Origin: Octopus vulgaris
Lineage: Eukaryota
Assembly: GCA_951406725.2 (NCBI GenBank)
Contig: OX597830.1
Location: 67,580,001-67,644,000 of the forward strand
Direction of reading: 5' to 3'
DNA: 64,000 nt
Shown: piece by piece, positions 13,080-25,414 of the stretch
How positions within the stretch are numbered: position 1 is the stretch's first letter
Layout: each line of letters starts with the position of its first letter
Notes under the pieces: model-generated
Seen by the model: the letters and a program-made list of their open reading frames with translations, nothing else
Database searches by the model: none
What the model was told of the DNA's origin: nothing
Translations under genes and position numbers: made by a program

Positions 13080-13097
13080 AAAGTCTCCAACTAAAAT
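13080..13097 (-). CDS. Candidate 18-nt microexon of the TRPM-like gene in the S2-S3 linker: ILVGDF
   Basis: ttgattcttgcag|ATTTTAGTTGGAGACTTT|gtaagt; phase 0/0, no stop, in non-repeat intron sequence; not needed for frame. Confidence 0.45.
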
Positions 13098-13686
13098 CTG
13101 CAAGAATCAAAAAAGTAAATACTGTTAGTTAAAACATTAAATCCATGCAATCATTTTCAGAGAGTAAGAAGCAGAAGGTGCCAAAATGTAGGCTAATCCT
13201 TTAATCGAGGGAGTACCCTGTCTAATATGTACTTGGTTAATATGGAGAGGTAGGCCTAAAACCAGTATAGGTGCTGAAGCTTCATCAAACAATGCATCAA
13301 AAATTGCTGAGTGAGATATAAAACTAAATAATGAAAGCCTTTGATAAGGCTACCTGATTGCAAAACACTCTGAGAAATGTTACATATGGCTGTTTTACAA
13401 ATGGACTTCTCAAACAACTTTCTGAAAATATATAATTAGGTTGACATGTATTGCATTGTGACTAACAGACCACTTTGAAAACGATAAATTTTTGTTTATG
13501 TTAAAATTAAATTTATTTACATAAAGATCGAATCACAATTTGTATGAGATATACATAGATTAGCAGGCATACATTACTCCTAATAAACTTCCTTTACCAT
13601 CATTCATTCCTACCATTTATCCATGTCTACCACTATCAATTACTTTCTCACACTTTCTACCAAACTCTCTTTCTGCCATCACACAT

Positions 13687-13724
<38 letters not shown>

Positions 13725-15654
13725 ATCTTGGTTCTTCTACCATTGCTGTCACTTCCATTCATCTTCTCAGCCATGTAGTGTTCAGTAAATGAATACTTTC
13801 TAGAGTAGTTGATGAATGGACAGAGATATGGAGTTGAGAGGACTCTTTACCCTTCTTCTGGTTGTAACTATCTCTGTAGCTGTGGTGCCAGGATAAAATG
13901 CTTCCTGTACTCACTGAAAAGTAGTTGCTGTTAGGAAGGATGTTCAACTGTGGAAACCAAACCAAAAATAGAGCATATAAGCAAGATGTGGTCCTTCACC
14001 TCTCTCAATAAGTAGTATCTTGAAATAAGAGTTAATGTGGACAGCGATCAGTTCAACCTATGCCAGCATGGAAAGTGAACATAAAATTTTGTCTGTGTGT
14101 GCTTGAGTGGCGATTTTACTCAATATACAGTGACATACATTATTTTCTCTCTCTCTTACACTCATATATCTTTATTACTAGCTTTCAGTCCACCCTCTCT
14201 CTTTCTCTCTCATTTACTCACACCTACATTACTCTTCTATAACATCAAGTGTTCTTACACTTCCATTTCTCTTTCTGTATCACTTTGTTTCCCCACTCAC
14301 TTTCACTTGCCCATCACATCACTTATGCTGCTTTTTCATTTTACCTCTTTACCAACAACCTTTATGTACTGCATCTACCAGCATATAACATGCACTCTCG
14401 CATAAGACACACCCCTACTTTACAAGTATATTTTGATAAAAAACAAACAAATTCCGTATGTTTCATCATACACTTACAGAAAGATATTTTAAAGTGGTTT
14501 TGTTTGGGGAAAACTATGATTCTGTGCATATGAATACAATGCTGTGACAGTTTACTAGACTATGGTATGAAACCATAAGTTTATCATATATGAACTACGC
14601 TATATGAATACCATATTTGCACTCCACCTTCTTTCGGATCAACTGTGTAGTTGTTTTCATTTTGGTCAAGAGAACTGCCGTACAGAATTACCAGACATAT
14701 GAAACTTGTATTTTAGGTTATGGTGATTTTTGCTACCATGATTGGTGACCACTATAGATTTGTTTCCATCCACTCACTGTAAATAGCTGACCAGTGGAAC
14801 AAAGGTTAATATTCCTTTCAACTTTCTTCAAGAAGATAATAAAAAAATGTTCCTTAAATGTAACACAATTTTTAAATTATGTAAGACACATGTCTGGTGT
14901 GGGTTATGTATTCTTGGGAAAGAGGTATAATGAGATGGTGAGACCTCTTGTCAGCAATTATTCGTAACTTTGTGTTATCACACTATGATAATTTGGCTTG
15001 TTTCCAATATTATATTATTGGCAACAATTATTGTGCTTATTGGATTTATGCTTATCCAGTTCCCCATACTACAACACTTGGTCTTCCATCTGTAATATGG
15101 CCATATAAGATGCAGGACATCTTTTGATATGTTTAAAAATAAAACAAAAGATCTTATATGCTGGAAAATATGGTAACTCAAAATAAGAACTGATTTAGGC
15201 CATGATGGCCTGTCCAACATAAGCCAGCATAGTAAGCAATGCAAAATGATCATGATGACTGAAGCCATTCCCTCTCCTTGTCAGGCTCTAGACGTCAGGT
15301 TGCCACTATTTAAAGTCAGTACAATAACAGGTAGGTGTAGCGAGATTGGGGATGCTGAATACTAACAAGCAGATGTAGGCTGGAATTCAAAAATCAAGAT
15401 GGACAGAATTCTTAGTCAGATACCTCATAAATAATGAGCAAAAGTTTAGATTTTTCTGAGTGACTGAAATTGGAAAACATTTAACAGAGATACGGATAGA
15501 TAAGATAACTGAGGTGATCAGAGAGTATGATAAAATAAGTAAAGTTAAATTAATTATATACAAAACAATAATAATAACACCTCACTCAGGACTGACAGAT
15601 AAACAGGATACATTTTAGAAGACCCTCCAACAGGCTAAGATGCTGCTAAGAAAT

Positions 15655-15995
15655 GCCGAGGACCAGATTCTGACAGATGGTAATATTAATGGTAATGCTG
15701 AGCAAAGCTACTGTGGACCAAATTATCATAGCTGATAATTTTAGTGAACATGTTGGGCAATACAGCTGAGGAGCAGATTATTGCAACTGGTGATTTTAAT
15801 GGAGAAGTGGGGTAATAATGCTGAAGACAAGAGTTTCACAGTTGGTGATTTTAATGGACATGTTGGCCAATACTGATGAGAACTAGATTTTCACTGTGGT
15901 TATTTTCATGGACATATTGTACAATAAGGCTGAGGACCAGATTATCACTGCTGGTGACTTAAATGGAAATGTTGGGCAATACTGCTGAGGAAGAG
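15655..15995 (+). repeat. 55-bp minisatellite, six copies plus a partial, derived from a LINE AP-endonuclease GDFNGHVG motif
   Basis: Unit starts at 15655, 15710, 15765, 15820, 15875, 15929, 15984; consensus gctgaggaccagattatcactgctggtgattttaatggacatgttgggcaatact. Confidence 0.85.
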
Positions 15996-16419
15996 ATTAA
16001 AGAAGTGTATATTGGTTTGGACATGTGATGCGTATGAATGAAAACAGCTGATCACTGAGAGTGGATGGTACCCGTGAAATGAAGTGATATCTTGAGGGTA
16101 TTCCACTTTGCCATCACTAGACTCACCCTGGCTCTTCTCAACCATCCCATTTATATTCTGGTCCCTGTTCCTTGTGAGTCTTCCCTGGCACTTCACCACC
16201 ACCTCTTTCCTGCTCTCTTCTACTCTCCCACTTTCTCTTGCTCTCTTCCACTCTCTCTTCCTCTTGCATTATCCCTTGGAGTGGTTAACCATGTATCTCC
16301 TCTACAGCAAGACAGCTCTTGCTGTCTCTCTGTCACAGTCAAACCTTTCACCATCTGACACAAGATCATCTCTTCCAATGCCACCTCCCCTCTAAAAGGA
16401 TCTCCACTTGTTCCAAGCT

Positions 16420-16740
16420 AGAGCATCAGTTTCCCAATCACTTTTGTTCATATCTAGTTTCTTCAGGTTATCCTTGACATAGTCTTTATATCTTTTCCAC
16501 AGCTTATGTTGTGGTCACTTACCAGATTGAGTTCACCATAAAAAAGATGCTTTGGCAATTGCTCATCTTTCTTTCTAATAACATGTGAAATCCATCTCGT
16601 TTGAGCTAAGATAACATCGTGTTCAATTGAGCTACAACATTCATACATCTGGTATCTGGTATGAAACATTCTCACTTGACTCCCAAGATATGTTTGAGGC
16701 TCTTTTGATGAAATCTCTCAGAAATTTTCACATGTTACTT
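16420..16740 (-). mobile_element. RTE/BovB-like LINE C-terminal fragment
   Basis: 'QTRWISHVIRKKDEQLPKHLFYGEL'. Confidence 0.75.
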
Positions 16741-17029
16741 GTATATATACATATATACACAGAATAGGAAGGGTTCAGACCACAGATGATCTAAGCTAAT
16801 TGGTAAGCTATATGAGTGTTCCAGCTGATAAGATACTAGGATCCAAATTCACAACAGGTGCAGGAGTTGGTGGTCTGTAGCCTACTTCCAAGTCAGAGGG
16901 TATAAGTTAAAGGAAGAGGAAAACGTAACCAAGGCAGGACAAGCTTATAAGATCATTTAAATTATTTTAATTATTATAAGCATGAACTGAAGTAAGCAAG
17001 AGTAAATAATAATATCATAGATATGTGTA

Positions 17030-17290
17030 TCATCATCATCGATTAATGTCCATTTTCCATACTGGCATGGGTTGGATGGTTTCACTGAGGTCTGGAGAGC
17101 CAGTGGCTGCACCAGGCTCCAATCTGTTCTTTCCACAGCTGGATGCCCTTCCTAATGCCAACTACTCTGAGAGTGTAGTGGGTGCTTTTTACATGCCCAC
17201 TGGCACAGAAGCCAGCCAGTGGGTACTGGCATCAGTCATGATTGGTTGGTACTTTTTATGTGCCGCCAGCATGAGACCCGGTCTGGATAT
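17030..17290 (-). mobile_element. RTE-family LINE 3' UTR fragment
   Basis: (ATC)n tail; similar to 5657-5900. Confidence 0.7.
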
Positions 17291-17769
17291 ACATATATAT
17301 TTATAGTTGAGGTGTGTTCTGATAAGAATGTATAAGAGTACAAATAGAACTCGTTCACCCTTAGAATTCCCAAATAGTTGGTAGTATTCTTATGATATGC
17401 TACCAATTCTAGTCTTAAGTATTCTTTGTGTGTGAAAATAAAAAGTATAAAGTAAAAGAGTCAAAAGGAAGAGCAAGTGCTGTTAGGCAGCTTTCTAATC
17501 ACTGCAAATGTTTTGATACATACATATCCTTGTATATACAGGATTTAAAGATAAATGTAAATTAAATTATGTAACAATTTACCTGTATAAGAAGATCTAT
17601 ATGTATATCATCAGGTGATACTCAGTTGCTGTCTCCGTATATACGAGGAAACATTTGCAGTGATTAAAAAGCTGCCTAATTGTACTTACTCTTCCTTTTG
17701 ATTCTTTTACTTTTTATATTTTTTTGTAGTTTCAGCTCAGAGCTGTGGCCATGATACAGTACTGAGCCT

Positions 17770-19370
17770 CCTCTAATATGTAGCACTTGGTGAAGAATGG
17801 AGTTTAATGTAGCTATCCTCATTTGCACCTCTTACTGTGAGGTAGTTCGTCTGGGACTCTCAACAGGAAGAGGTCCAACCTTGATTTAAAAACACCTACA
17901 TCTACTTTGTGCAGGTTCCTCAGGCTCGTTGGGAGAATATTAAAAAGCTGTGGGCCCCTGAAACCCAGGCTGTTGCAGTAACTGGTCCTGGAGCGTGATG
18001 ACATTGCTGGGATCTTTGGCACTATGCAGTGTCGACCCATTCTGGCATTAGTGTAGCTTTCAAATGCCAAAATTTGGCACAATTCCTTCCAGGATCTCCC
18101 AGATGTAAATTACTGCATACGTCTCCTGCCTCTGCTCCAGTGAGTAGAGTCTTAGCTATTTCAGCCTTTCCCAGTAGCTGAGCTGTTGCAAAAATATGAT
18201 CTTCTATGTGAAGCTTCAAGGTCCGCTGTTAATTTTTACATGGTTGGGTGACCATTGTTGTGAGCAGTAATCCAGGCAGCTGAGGACAAATGTCCTCCAG
18301 AGGACCATCATGGTTTCCTTATCTCTTGTTCTGAATATTCTCAAGATCCAGCTATCCAGTCGTCTGTACTTTGTCACCATTCTGGTAATGTGCACTTGAA
18401 AAGAGGTATCATCACTCATGTCGATACCCAGGTCCCTCACTGATTTAGGCTCTGGGATTGTAATTCCCTGTGGACCAATGTACCCTGTAAGTTTTATATT
18501 CAGTTTTGGATGCTAGTAGTGCAGTCTTGGAATTTTTCAGCATTGAACTGCATATTATTATCTTCAGCCCATCTGTAAATTAAGTCCAACTCCTGCTGCA
18601 GATGTGCAACATCGCTGGAGTTTTGCATTTTTTGCGAGAGATTCATATCAACTGCATAGCTAGCAAGGGTGGCTATCCGGGCAGTTGAGGACATATCTAA
18701 GAAGGCCACTATGAAAAGCAGTGGTCCCAAGACAGTGCCCTGCGGAACACCACTCAGTATTTGTGTTTTCATTGAGGTGGTTCCATTGGCCAATACTGCT
18801 TGACTTCTATCTTTCAGAAAGTCATGTAACCACTCTCCAGGTTTTCCAGTTATGTCAAGATCATGCAGTTTGTAGCATATCATACCATGGTCCATTTTGT
18901 CAAAAGCTTTTGCAAAAACAAGGTATATTACATCCACATTTGAGTTGTTAAGTAACTGCCTCAACATCCAGTCATAATGTTGTAAGAGCCAGGTCTGGCA
19001 GCTCTTACCTGGTTGAAAGTCATGCTGGGTATCACTCAGCAAGTTATTTTCCTCAAGGAATGTGATTAGTTTCCCTCTGACAATCCATTCCATGTTGAAA
19101 GTCGGATGAGATCTCCCTGCATCCTCCATTGTTTGAGTAAAGGCAATGCCAGCCGTTGGAGATGTTCCTCATATGAAAGCTTAGACAAGCCCGCGCCCTT
19201 TCGAGTGGCCAAGTGCTGAACTTGTTCAAGGTGCTGAATGTCTTTCTGGAGATATGGGTTTGAGGTATGGATGCAATATTTGAGGATGGGTCGAACTAGA
19301 GTGATATATACAGGCCAAAAGACGTCCAACTGCACAACAGAAATGGATATACAAGAAACATGATGCATTT
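17770..19370 (-). mobile_element. CR1-clade LINE RT-to-3' fragment, preceded by a second CR1 fragment (about 19100-19370)
   Basis: 'VIYLVFAKAFDKMDH', '[14 protein letters not shown]', 'WAEDNNMQFNAEK', 'RDLGI', 'YITLVRPILKYC...LEQVQ'. Confidence 0.9.
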
Positions 19371-20581
19371 AATAAAAAGTCAATGATGAAAGCATAAGTG
19401 ACACCTAAATCAAATAGAAACTAAACATACAGAAGAAAGAAAGGAAATTCCAATGGAAGTGTTTTATGACATGTTTGACGTGCCAGCACTGAAAGAGTTT
19501 GAGGCTAGAAGGAGCAGTAACAGAAAACAAAAATAGACTGAAAATTTACAAATAATTTCTAAATGGAAAAGGTGATGAACTCTCTAGGGAATCAAAATCT
19601 CAAAAAGGGAGAGGTGTTGGAGAGAAAAATATTCCAAATTTTGTTTCTTACAGAAGTTGAAATCTCAAAGGGAAGATGTGGAGAGACACCCCCAGTATAA
19701 ATAGATTTGATTCAACAACTTTAAATAGTAGTGGTCTGAATGAGAGAGAGATAGTAGGCGTTAATCACAGTGAAATCATAAGGTATTATTTGGATAATTT
19801 GTTGGAATATTGTTGGTTGGTTCATGTATAGTTCATGAAGAATTTGTTGGATTGTTACGTTGTTGTTACCTTGCTTTGTCTTATGTTTATTGTTACTGCA
19901 CAGTTATAGAGTAAAACAAATATCGGTAAAGTACACCCATACGGCTTTCATTAAGGAAAAAAAACCTTGGATTTTTTATGTGGAATCAGAAACCCTGATC
20001 TCCTAATGTTTCGCAAACCCCTTATTTTTGTTTGGGAAAAAGGGCGGGTGAGAAACTGGACCTCTCCCCCATCCTGAAATTTTTTTTTCCATTGAATGAA
20101 TTATGGTGACCTCCTAATATGCCACAAAACCTTTTTTTTGTCAGGAAAACAGAGTAGGGTGGGGGTGGGGGGATCCCTTGGAAGTTTCACCTACCCCACT
20201 CCACCCCCATTGGAAGTACACTCACATGATTTTCACTAATAAAAAAGATAAACTCAGATTTTTTGCATGGAATCAAGTACTCTGACCTCCTAATGTGCTG
20301 CAGACCTCTTATTTTTGCTTGGAAATGCATGTCTTCTGCATCTAGAGCTCATGCATCACTACCATGGAGTATAGTCTCTTGTGCACAAGCATTTCTCTCT
20401 ACATGTCACAATACAATCTTACCTCATCTGTAAATCTCGTTATTTTCAGATCCTTATTTCAAACCCTTCATTGGTCTGCTTCCAGCAGACTGCCCTATGC
20501 TGTAAACTTCTAATTTTTTAAACATTGAATCCAAAGAGGACAAAAGTGGTTTTGATTAAATAATTTTGAGACTATATTTAC

Positions 20582-20710
20582 CTGGTGTATTTCTTCTGTA
20601 AATATTCCAAACACCCACATAATAAGAAGCCATTCTAGAAAAGACATCTGCAGTTTCAGCTCAACAAGTAACACATAGCTATAGATGCCAAGGAAAATTA
20701 CGTAAAATAT
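20582..20710 (-). CDS. TRPM-like exon (S1-S2): IFYVIFLGIYSYVLLVELKLQMSFLEWLLIMWVFGIFTEEIHQ
   Basis: ctctttcag| acceptor, CAG|gtaaat donor; 129 nt, phase 0/0; two TM helices ending in the TRPM 'EEIRQ'-like motif. Confidence 0.93.
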
Positions 20711-21454
20711 CTGAAAGAGAAAAAGAATTTGAGGAAAATTATATTTATTGTCGCAAGGATTTGATGACAAGTACTTGATTATATTCAAACAAAGGGAACA
20801 CATGAGAGAAGATTAAAAACTGAAAACCCATTTTTATTTTCTCTCATGTATTCTTTTTATATCTGCTGTGTTTAAATGTAAACAATAAACTAGAAGGGTG
20901 TAAGTAAAATTGTCAAAATCTATGCTTTGAGCACGTGTAAATGTGAATATGTGCATGTATAGTTGTGCAATAAATCATATGCATGAATGTGTATGAATGG
21001 GTATGCATTCTTTTATATGTATGTGTATAAGTGTATGGGTGTCTGCATGTCATCACAATACTGTGCATGTGTGTATATGTGTTTGTGGTTATGTGTTTCA
21101 GTATATTTATGCATATGTATATGTGTGTGCAGTTGTGGGTGTAAGCATGTGGGACGAGTATCTGTATATGCATGAGTGACTCTGTGTACGTAATATGTGT
21201 GTATATGTATCAGTACATATGTGTGTGCCTATATCAATAGTTACATGAATATTTCCAAGTGTGTACTTCCTATCCACACAGACATAGTTGTGTTCTTAAG
21301 AAGGTTGTTTTAAAATCTTGATGCTGTAGGTTCAAATCCACAGCATAGCATCTTGGGCAAGTATCTGCTACCGTAGCCTCCAAGTGGCCAAAGCAGGGTG
21401 AGTAAATTTTATGTCTTGAAGAAGAAAAAAAACATTTCATACTCTTCTCTCTCT

Positions 21455-21504
<50 letters not shown>

Positions 21505-21799
21505 TGAGAGAGAGGGAACTTATATTTTGTTTTTTTTTAGGTTCATATTTGCTAATGAGGATACAAATTAATGAGATGACAAACAACTGGAATATTCTTT
21601 GTTGAAACCTAAAAAGGAGCTGCTAACTTCTTATGTGGAGAAGTGAAAGATGGAGTTTAGTATATGAGAGGAACGGAACCCAGGAAGGAATAGAGGCTGT
21701 GTTTCTAAACTTCCAAGCATTAAAATGCTACAAAAACAAAATTATCAAAATAGCAATTCAAATTTTTAAATCTTTAACTAAGACAGTGAAATAATAATA

Positions 21800-22010
21800 A
21801 CTTCAAGTTTTGGCACAAGGCCAGCAATTTTAGGGATGGGTAAGCTGACTACATCGATTGACCTTGATTGGTACTCATTTTATCAACCTCAAAAGGATTA
21901 AATATAAAGTCAACCCCAGTTGAATCTGAACTTGGAAAGTAAAGCTGGAAGAAATAGTGCTAAGAATTTTACCTGGTGCAGTAATGATTTTGTAGGTTCA
22001 CTACCCTAGA
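21800..22010 (-). mobile_element. tRNA-derived SINE family B with (ATT)n tail; more minus copies at about 30400-30520, 35985-36170, 36505-36725, 37350-37563, 38020-38120, 38858-39073, 40540-40740, 58201-58414
   Basis: Shared ggcacaaggcc...actggtacttatttt..gacccc.aaaggatgaaaggcaaagt.gacc...tttgaactcagaac...ctgccagct on the + strand. Confidence 0.8.
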
Positions 22011-22508
22011 CAATTAAGTAATATTAATTTCTAACTGAGGAACCAAGGATAAAATTTTAGAGGATAGTGTAATCATTAAAATCAAAACTGGCATTTAATT
22101 GATACCTTATTTTTCTGACCCAGATGGATGAAGAACGAAGTTAATCTCAGGAAAATCTGAATTTAGAACCAAGAAAGGCTGGAACTAAATACCTCAAAGT
22201 ATTGTGTTTGATTCTCAACTACTTTTATCAAATATTAAATACAAATTAACTTATTTGAATATGCTAATATTTCACTGAAGTTTAATATCTGAAATAACTG
22301 CTCAAAATATTAAGTCCTCATGTGCAACCTAGTTCATCTAGTTTTAAAAGTGTTATTCACAAGGAGTGAGAAACTAGAAGAAGAAATCAAGCACCTTAGT
22401 AAAATTTGTTTTAAAAAAGGAAATGTTTTCTTCTCTCTAAAAATTAATTTGAAAGGAACATTTACTCTCACAAAGAAACATTTTAAATATTTACATGTAG
22501 GTACATAC

Positions 22509-22596
22509 CAAACTGATCCAAAACTTTATGACAGGAGTATTATAGAACGTCATACATTTTTTGATCACACAGTTTCCATGAGGCTCGGAACAACAT
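22509..22596 (-). CDS. TRPM-like exon (entry to S1): CCSEPHGNCVIKKCMTFYNTPVIKFWISL
   Basis: ttttaatttag| acceptor, |gtatgt donor; 88 nt, phase 2 to 0; TRPM 'FY.AP.VKFW' motif. Confidence 0.9.
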
Positions 22597-22739
22597 CTAA
22601 ATTAAAATTAGTAGCATTTGTATTACTAATTAATAATAAATTTTAATTATTTTTTAAATTTAAATCTTCTAATCATAAAATATACAACTGCAACATGAAA
22701 ACCATCTCCAACAGAAAAGCAGGTAACTAAAACCATCCC

Positions 22740-23760
22740 ATTGAGCAAGTCTCTTCAGATCACTGATGCAACCAAAGCCCATAACTTGAAATCATCCAAG
22801 TGCTGCAGCACATTCAAACAATATAGACTATAATACCTGGAAAATCTCTTCCAATTTCACTAATTGGAGCAGATTATGCCCATCACAATTACAAACTATA
22901 TCAGATTTTAATCTGGATAACTCCAGCAGTACCATATCTACTCTTGTGTGGAGATACCCTCTGCCAGTTAGTCTGTTTGCCATTCTTTCAAGTACAGCAC
23001 CAAAAATAATGAATAACAACGTTGGAGTGAGTACATAGCCTTGTTTTACACTATGGATGACTGGAAAGTGTGATGAACTGTCACTTCCAAGAGAGAACGT
23101 GGAAAACATACTATTATGAACCCACTTGAATAACTCCACAAATATATCTGGACACCCATATATTTTGAGAATGGTTTATAAGCCCTTCTTCTCTACACTG
23201 TTGAACACCTTTATAAATTTAAGAAATATGACAAAAAGTGAGACCTGTTATTCTATTAATTTTACTCAAATTTCAGACAAGGTGAAAATTATATTGCTCT
23301 ACATTTGTCAGTAGGTCCAGGCTAGTAATTTAGAAAATTTCAAGGAGACACTCCAGAGCCTCACAAAAAATTCTTCAGGAACAGTTTAATAGCTTTCTAA
23401 AATGTTGCCACTAGCACTTTATGATACCATGTTTCTTGGTGTAGATAGCCTTACTCCTCATTGGTGTGTTACCATCTTTCAGGAGACTGTACTCTTCTTT
23501 CATACTGACATAGAAGAAGTCCATATTTTGAAAATCAGCAACGGTATGAATTTCATCCAGCTTCTTATCCCACCAGCAGATGCTGCAATTCCTATTGAAG
23601 TAAATATTTTCTGTCTTTGAGTGAAGCTGGTAGTAAGCTGTGTATCCCATGCATTGAAAACTGATTAGTGGTGCCTTCATCTTTCTGTTAGCAGCAGTTT
23701 TACATTTGCCAATCAGCATATATTTGGAGAAATTGAATGAAGCAGCAGCTGCTCTGCAGA
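22740..23760 (-). mobile_element. Highly decayed RTE-clade LINE, endonuclease and RT remnants
   Basis: 'FPVIHSVKQGYVLTPTLLFIIF'; remainder degenerate. Confidence 0.6.
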
Positions 23761-25414
23761 TTCACTCTGCAGCTGCACCTATCAGGCATCAGATGGTGCA
23801 GTGTAAGGTAACAATTTTAATTGGTTGCTCATATTCACTGTCATTACTTCCTGTGTTTCCAAGTTTTCTTTGATTGTTGATATTCAGTTATTCTGGTGCA
23901 GTTTTGTTGGCTTTCTTGCATTTTCATTTCACAAACTAAGTGCATACATGTGGTATATATCCATATATGGTCGTGAAGCAGTCAGCCCACCTTGCGGTGT
24001 GACAGTTGCATCTTACAAAAAAGTGCATGTGGTACAAGGTGCATTTCAAAAGTTTTCAGACTTTTTCAAGAGAGACATTTATAAATATTTCAAAGCGTTC
24101 ACTGGAGGAATTAGGGATTCAGATCTACAACTCAACTGAATGAGACTGTTCATTAATAGCTCAAAGCAGAATTTAAAGTGTGTGCAGTCCCATTCAGGTA
24201 TTTAGAATGGTTTTGTGAAAAATATGGAAACATAAAGATAGTCACCATCTTTGTGTTGACCTTAAAATGGTATACTTGCTTCATGGTCAGCAATGCAGAT
24301 ACACCAAGTATCCCTGCTTTCTGTGAAAGTTGGACAGTGGAGCTTGAGCAAAGCATTAGGTGGAAAGCAATCGGCCTCCAAGATCTCACCTTAAACCTGG
24401 TGTACCCAGTATATATGAGCCACTTGTTGACATAAAGGGAAGGTTATGGAGGAATGGTATTAGGGTAGATGGGATGTGAATATGATGAAGCATAAAGTGA
24501 AATTGTCCACAGATTGAACATTCTAGGAAAAGTTATAAGTGTAAATTTTTACCTTAACTATTTGCACATAAAAATTGACTTATAGTCCTTTGTGTGAACA
24601 AAATAAATTAGTATGATCTTTACAGTCAAGCAAGTTTTATTATTTCCTATCGTTTTTAAAGTTTTAAAACATTCTATAATATAAGCATAAATTTGTTACG
24701 TGAGGTAATTTTATGGTTTTTCAGAAAAAGTGAGGATATCCTATGCTCAAAATGTTGATGTGATACAAAGAACCTGGGCCCATTTATTAGATTCAGAGGT
24801 CAAAAGTTTAGTCATAAACAAGTGTCACATCTAACTCAATGAAAAGTTTGTTCCCTACTGATATCAATAAAGATATTAAGTAGATATGGTTATTATTAAA
24901 ATGTGAACTTAAACTGTAAGTTATTAAATGAAACAAACTTTGTTCTTGAAATACTGTACTTTCATGGAAAGAATTAATATATTTAATAAGGAGAACATTA
25001 AAATAGAAGTTTAATGGAAGTGTTTCATTCTGCATTTTGTCTTTGATATTCTTCTGTACTGGTTTACTTTCCACAGATTGACATTACAGCTGATAGAATT
25101 TTACACCTAACACTAGTTAAGTTCAAAGATCACTTTCAAATTTATCTTTGTTTAGGGTATATATTAACATTTTTAATGTATTTTAGCCAGCAATTCTAAG
25201 TCTGACTCAACACCTATTATTTATCACACCATAATACTAAAGAAAAGACTACTATATATTATAGACATGAGATGTTTTACCTAGAGTGTCATAATTCATA
25301 ACAAGTGATGAACATTATATATGGATTAACATTATATATGAATGTTACCGAACAATCATAGGAACCTTCTCAGGTTCTGAATAACATATCTCCTTCATGT
25401 GTTACAGCCCATAT

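Noticed and set aside
13036-13097. Longer form of the 18-nt exon using the second gtaagt donor
   Set aside because: Contains an in-frame stop (ILVGDFVSINPLKI*).
20423-20499. AG...GTAAGA-bounded segment as an extra TRPM exon
   Set aside because: In-frame TGA in phase 0 and a length not divisible by three.
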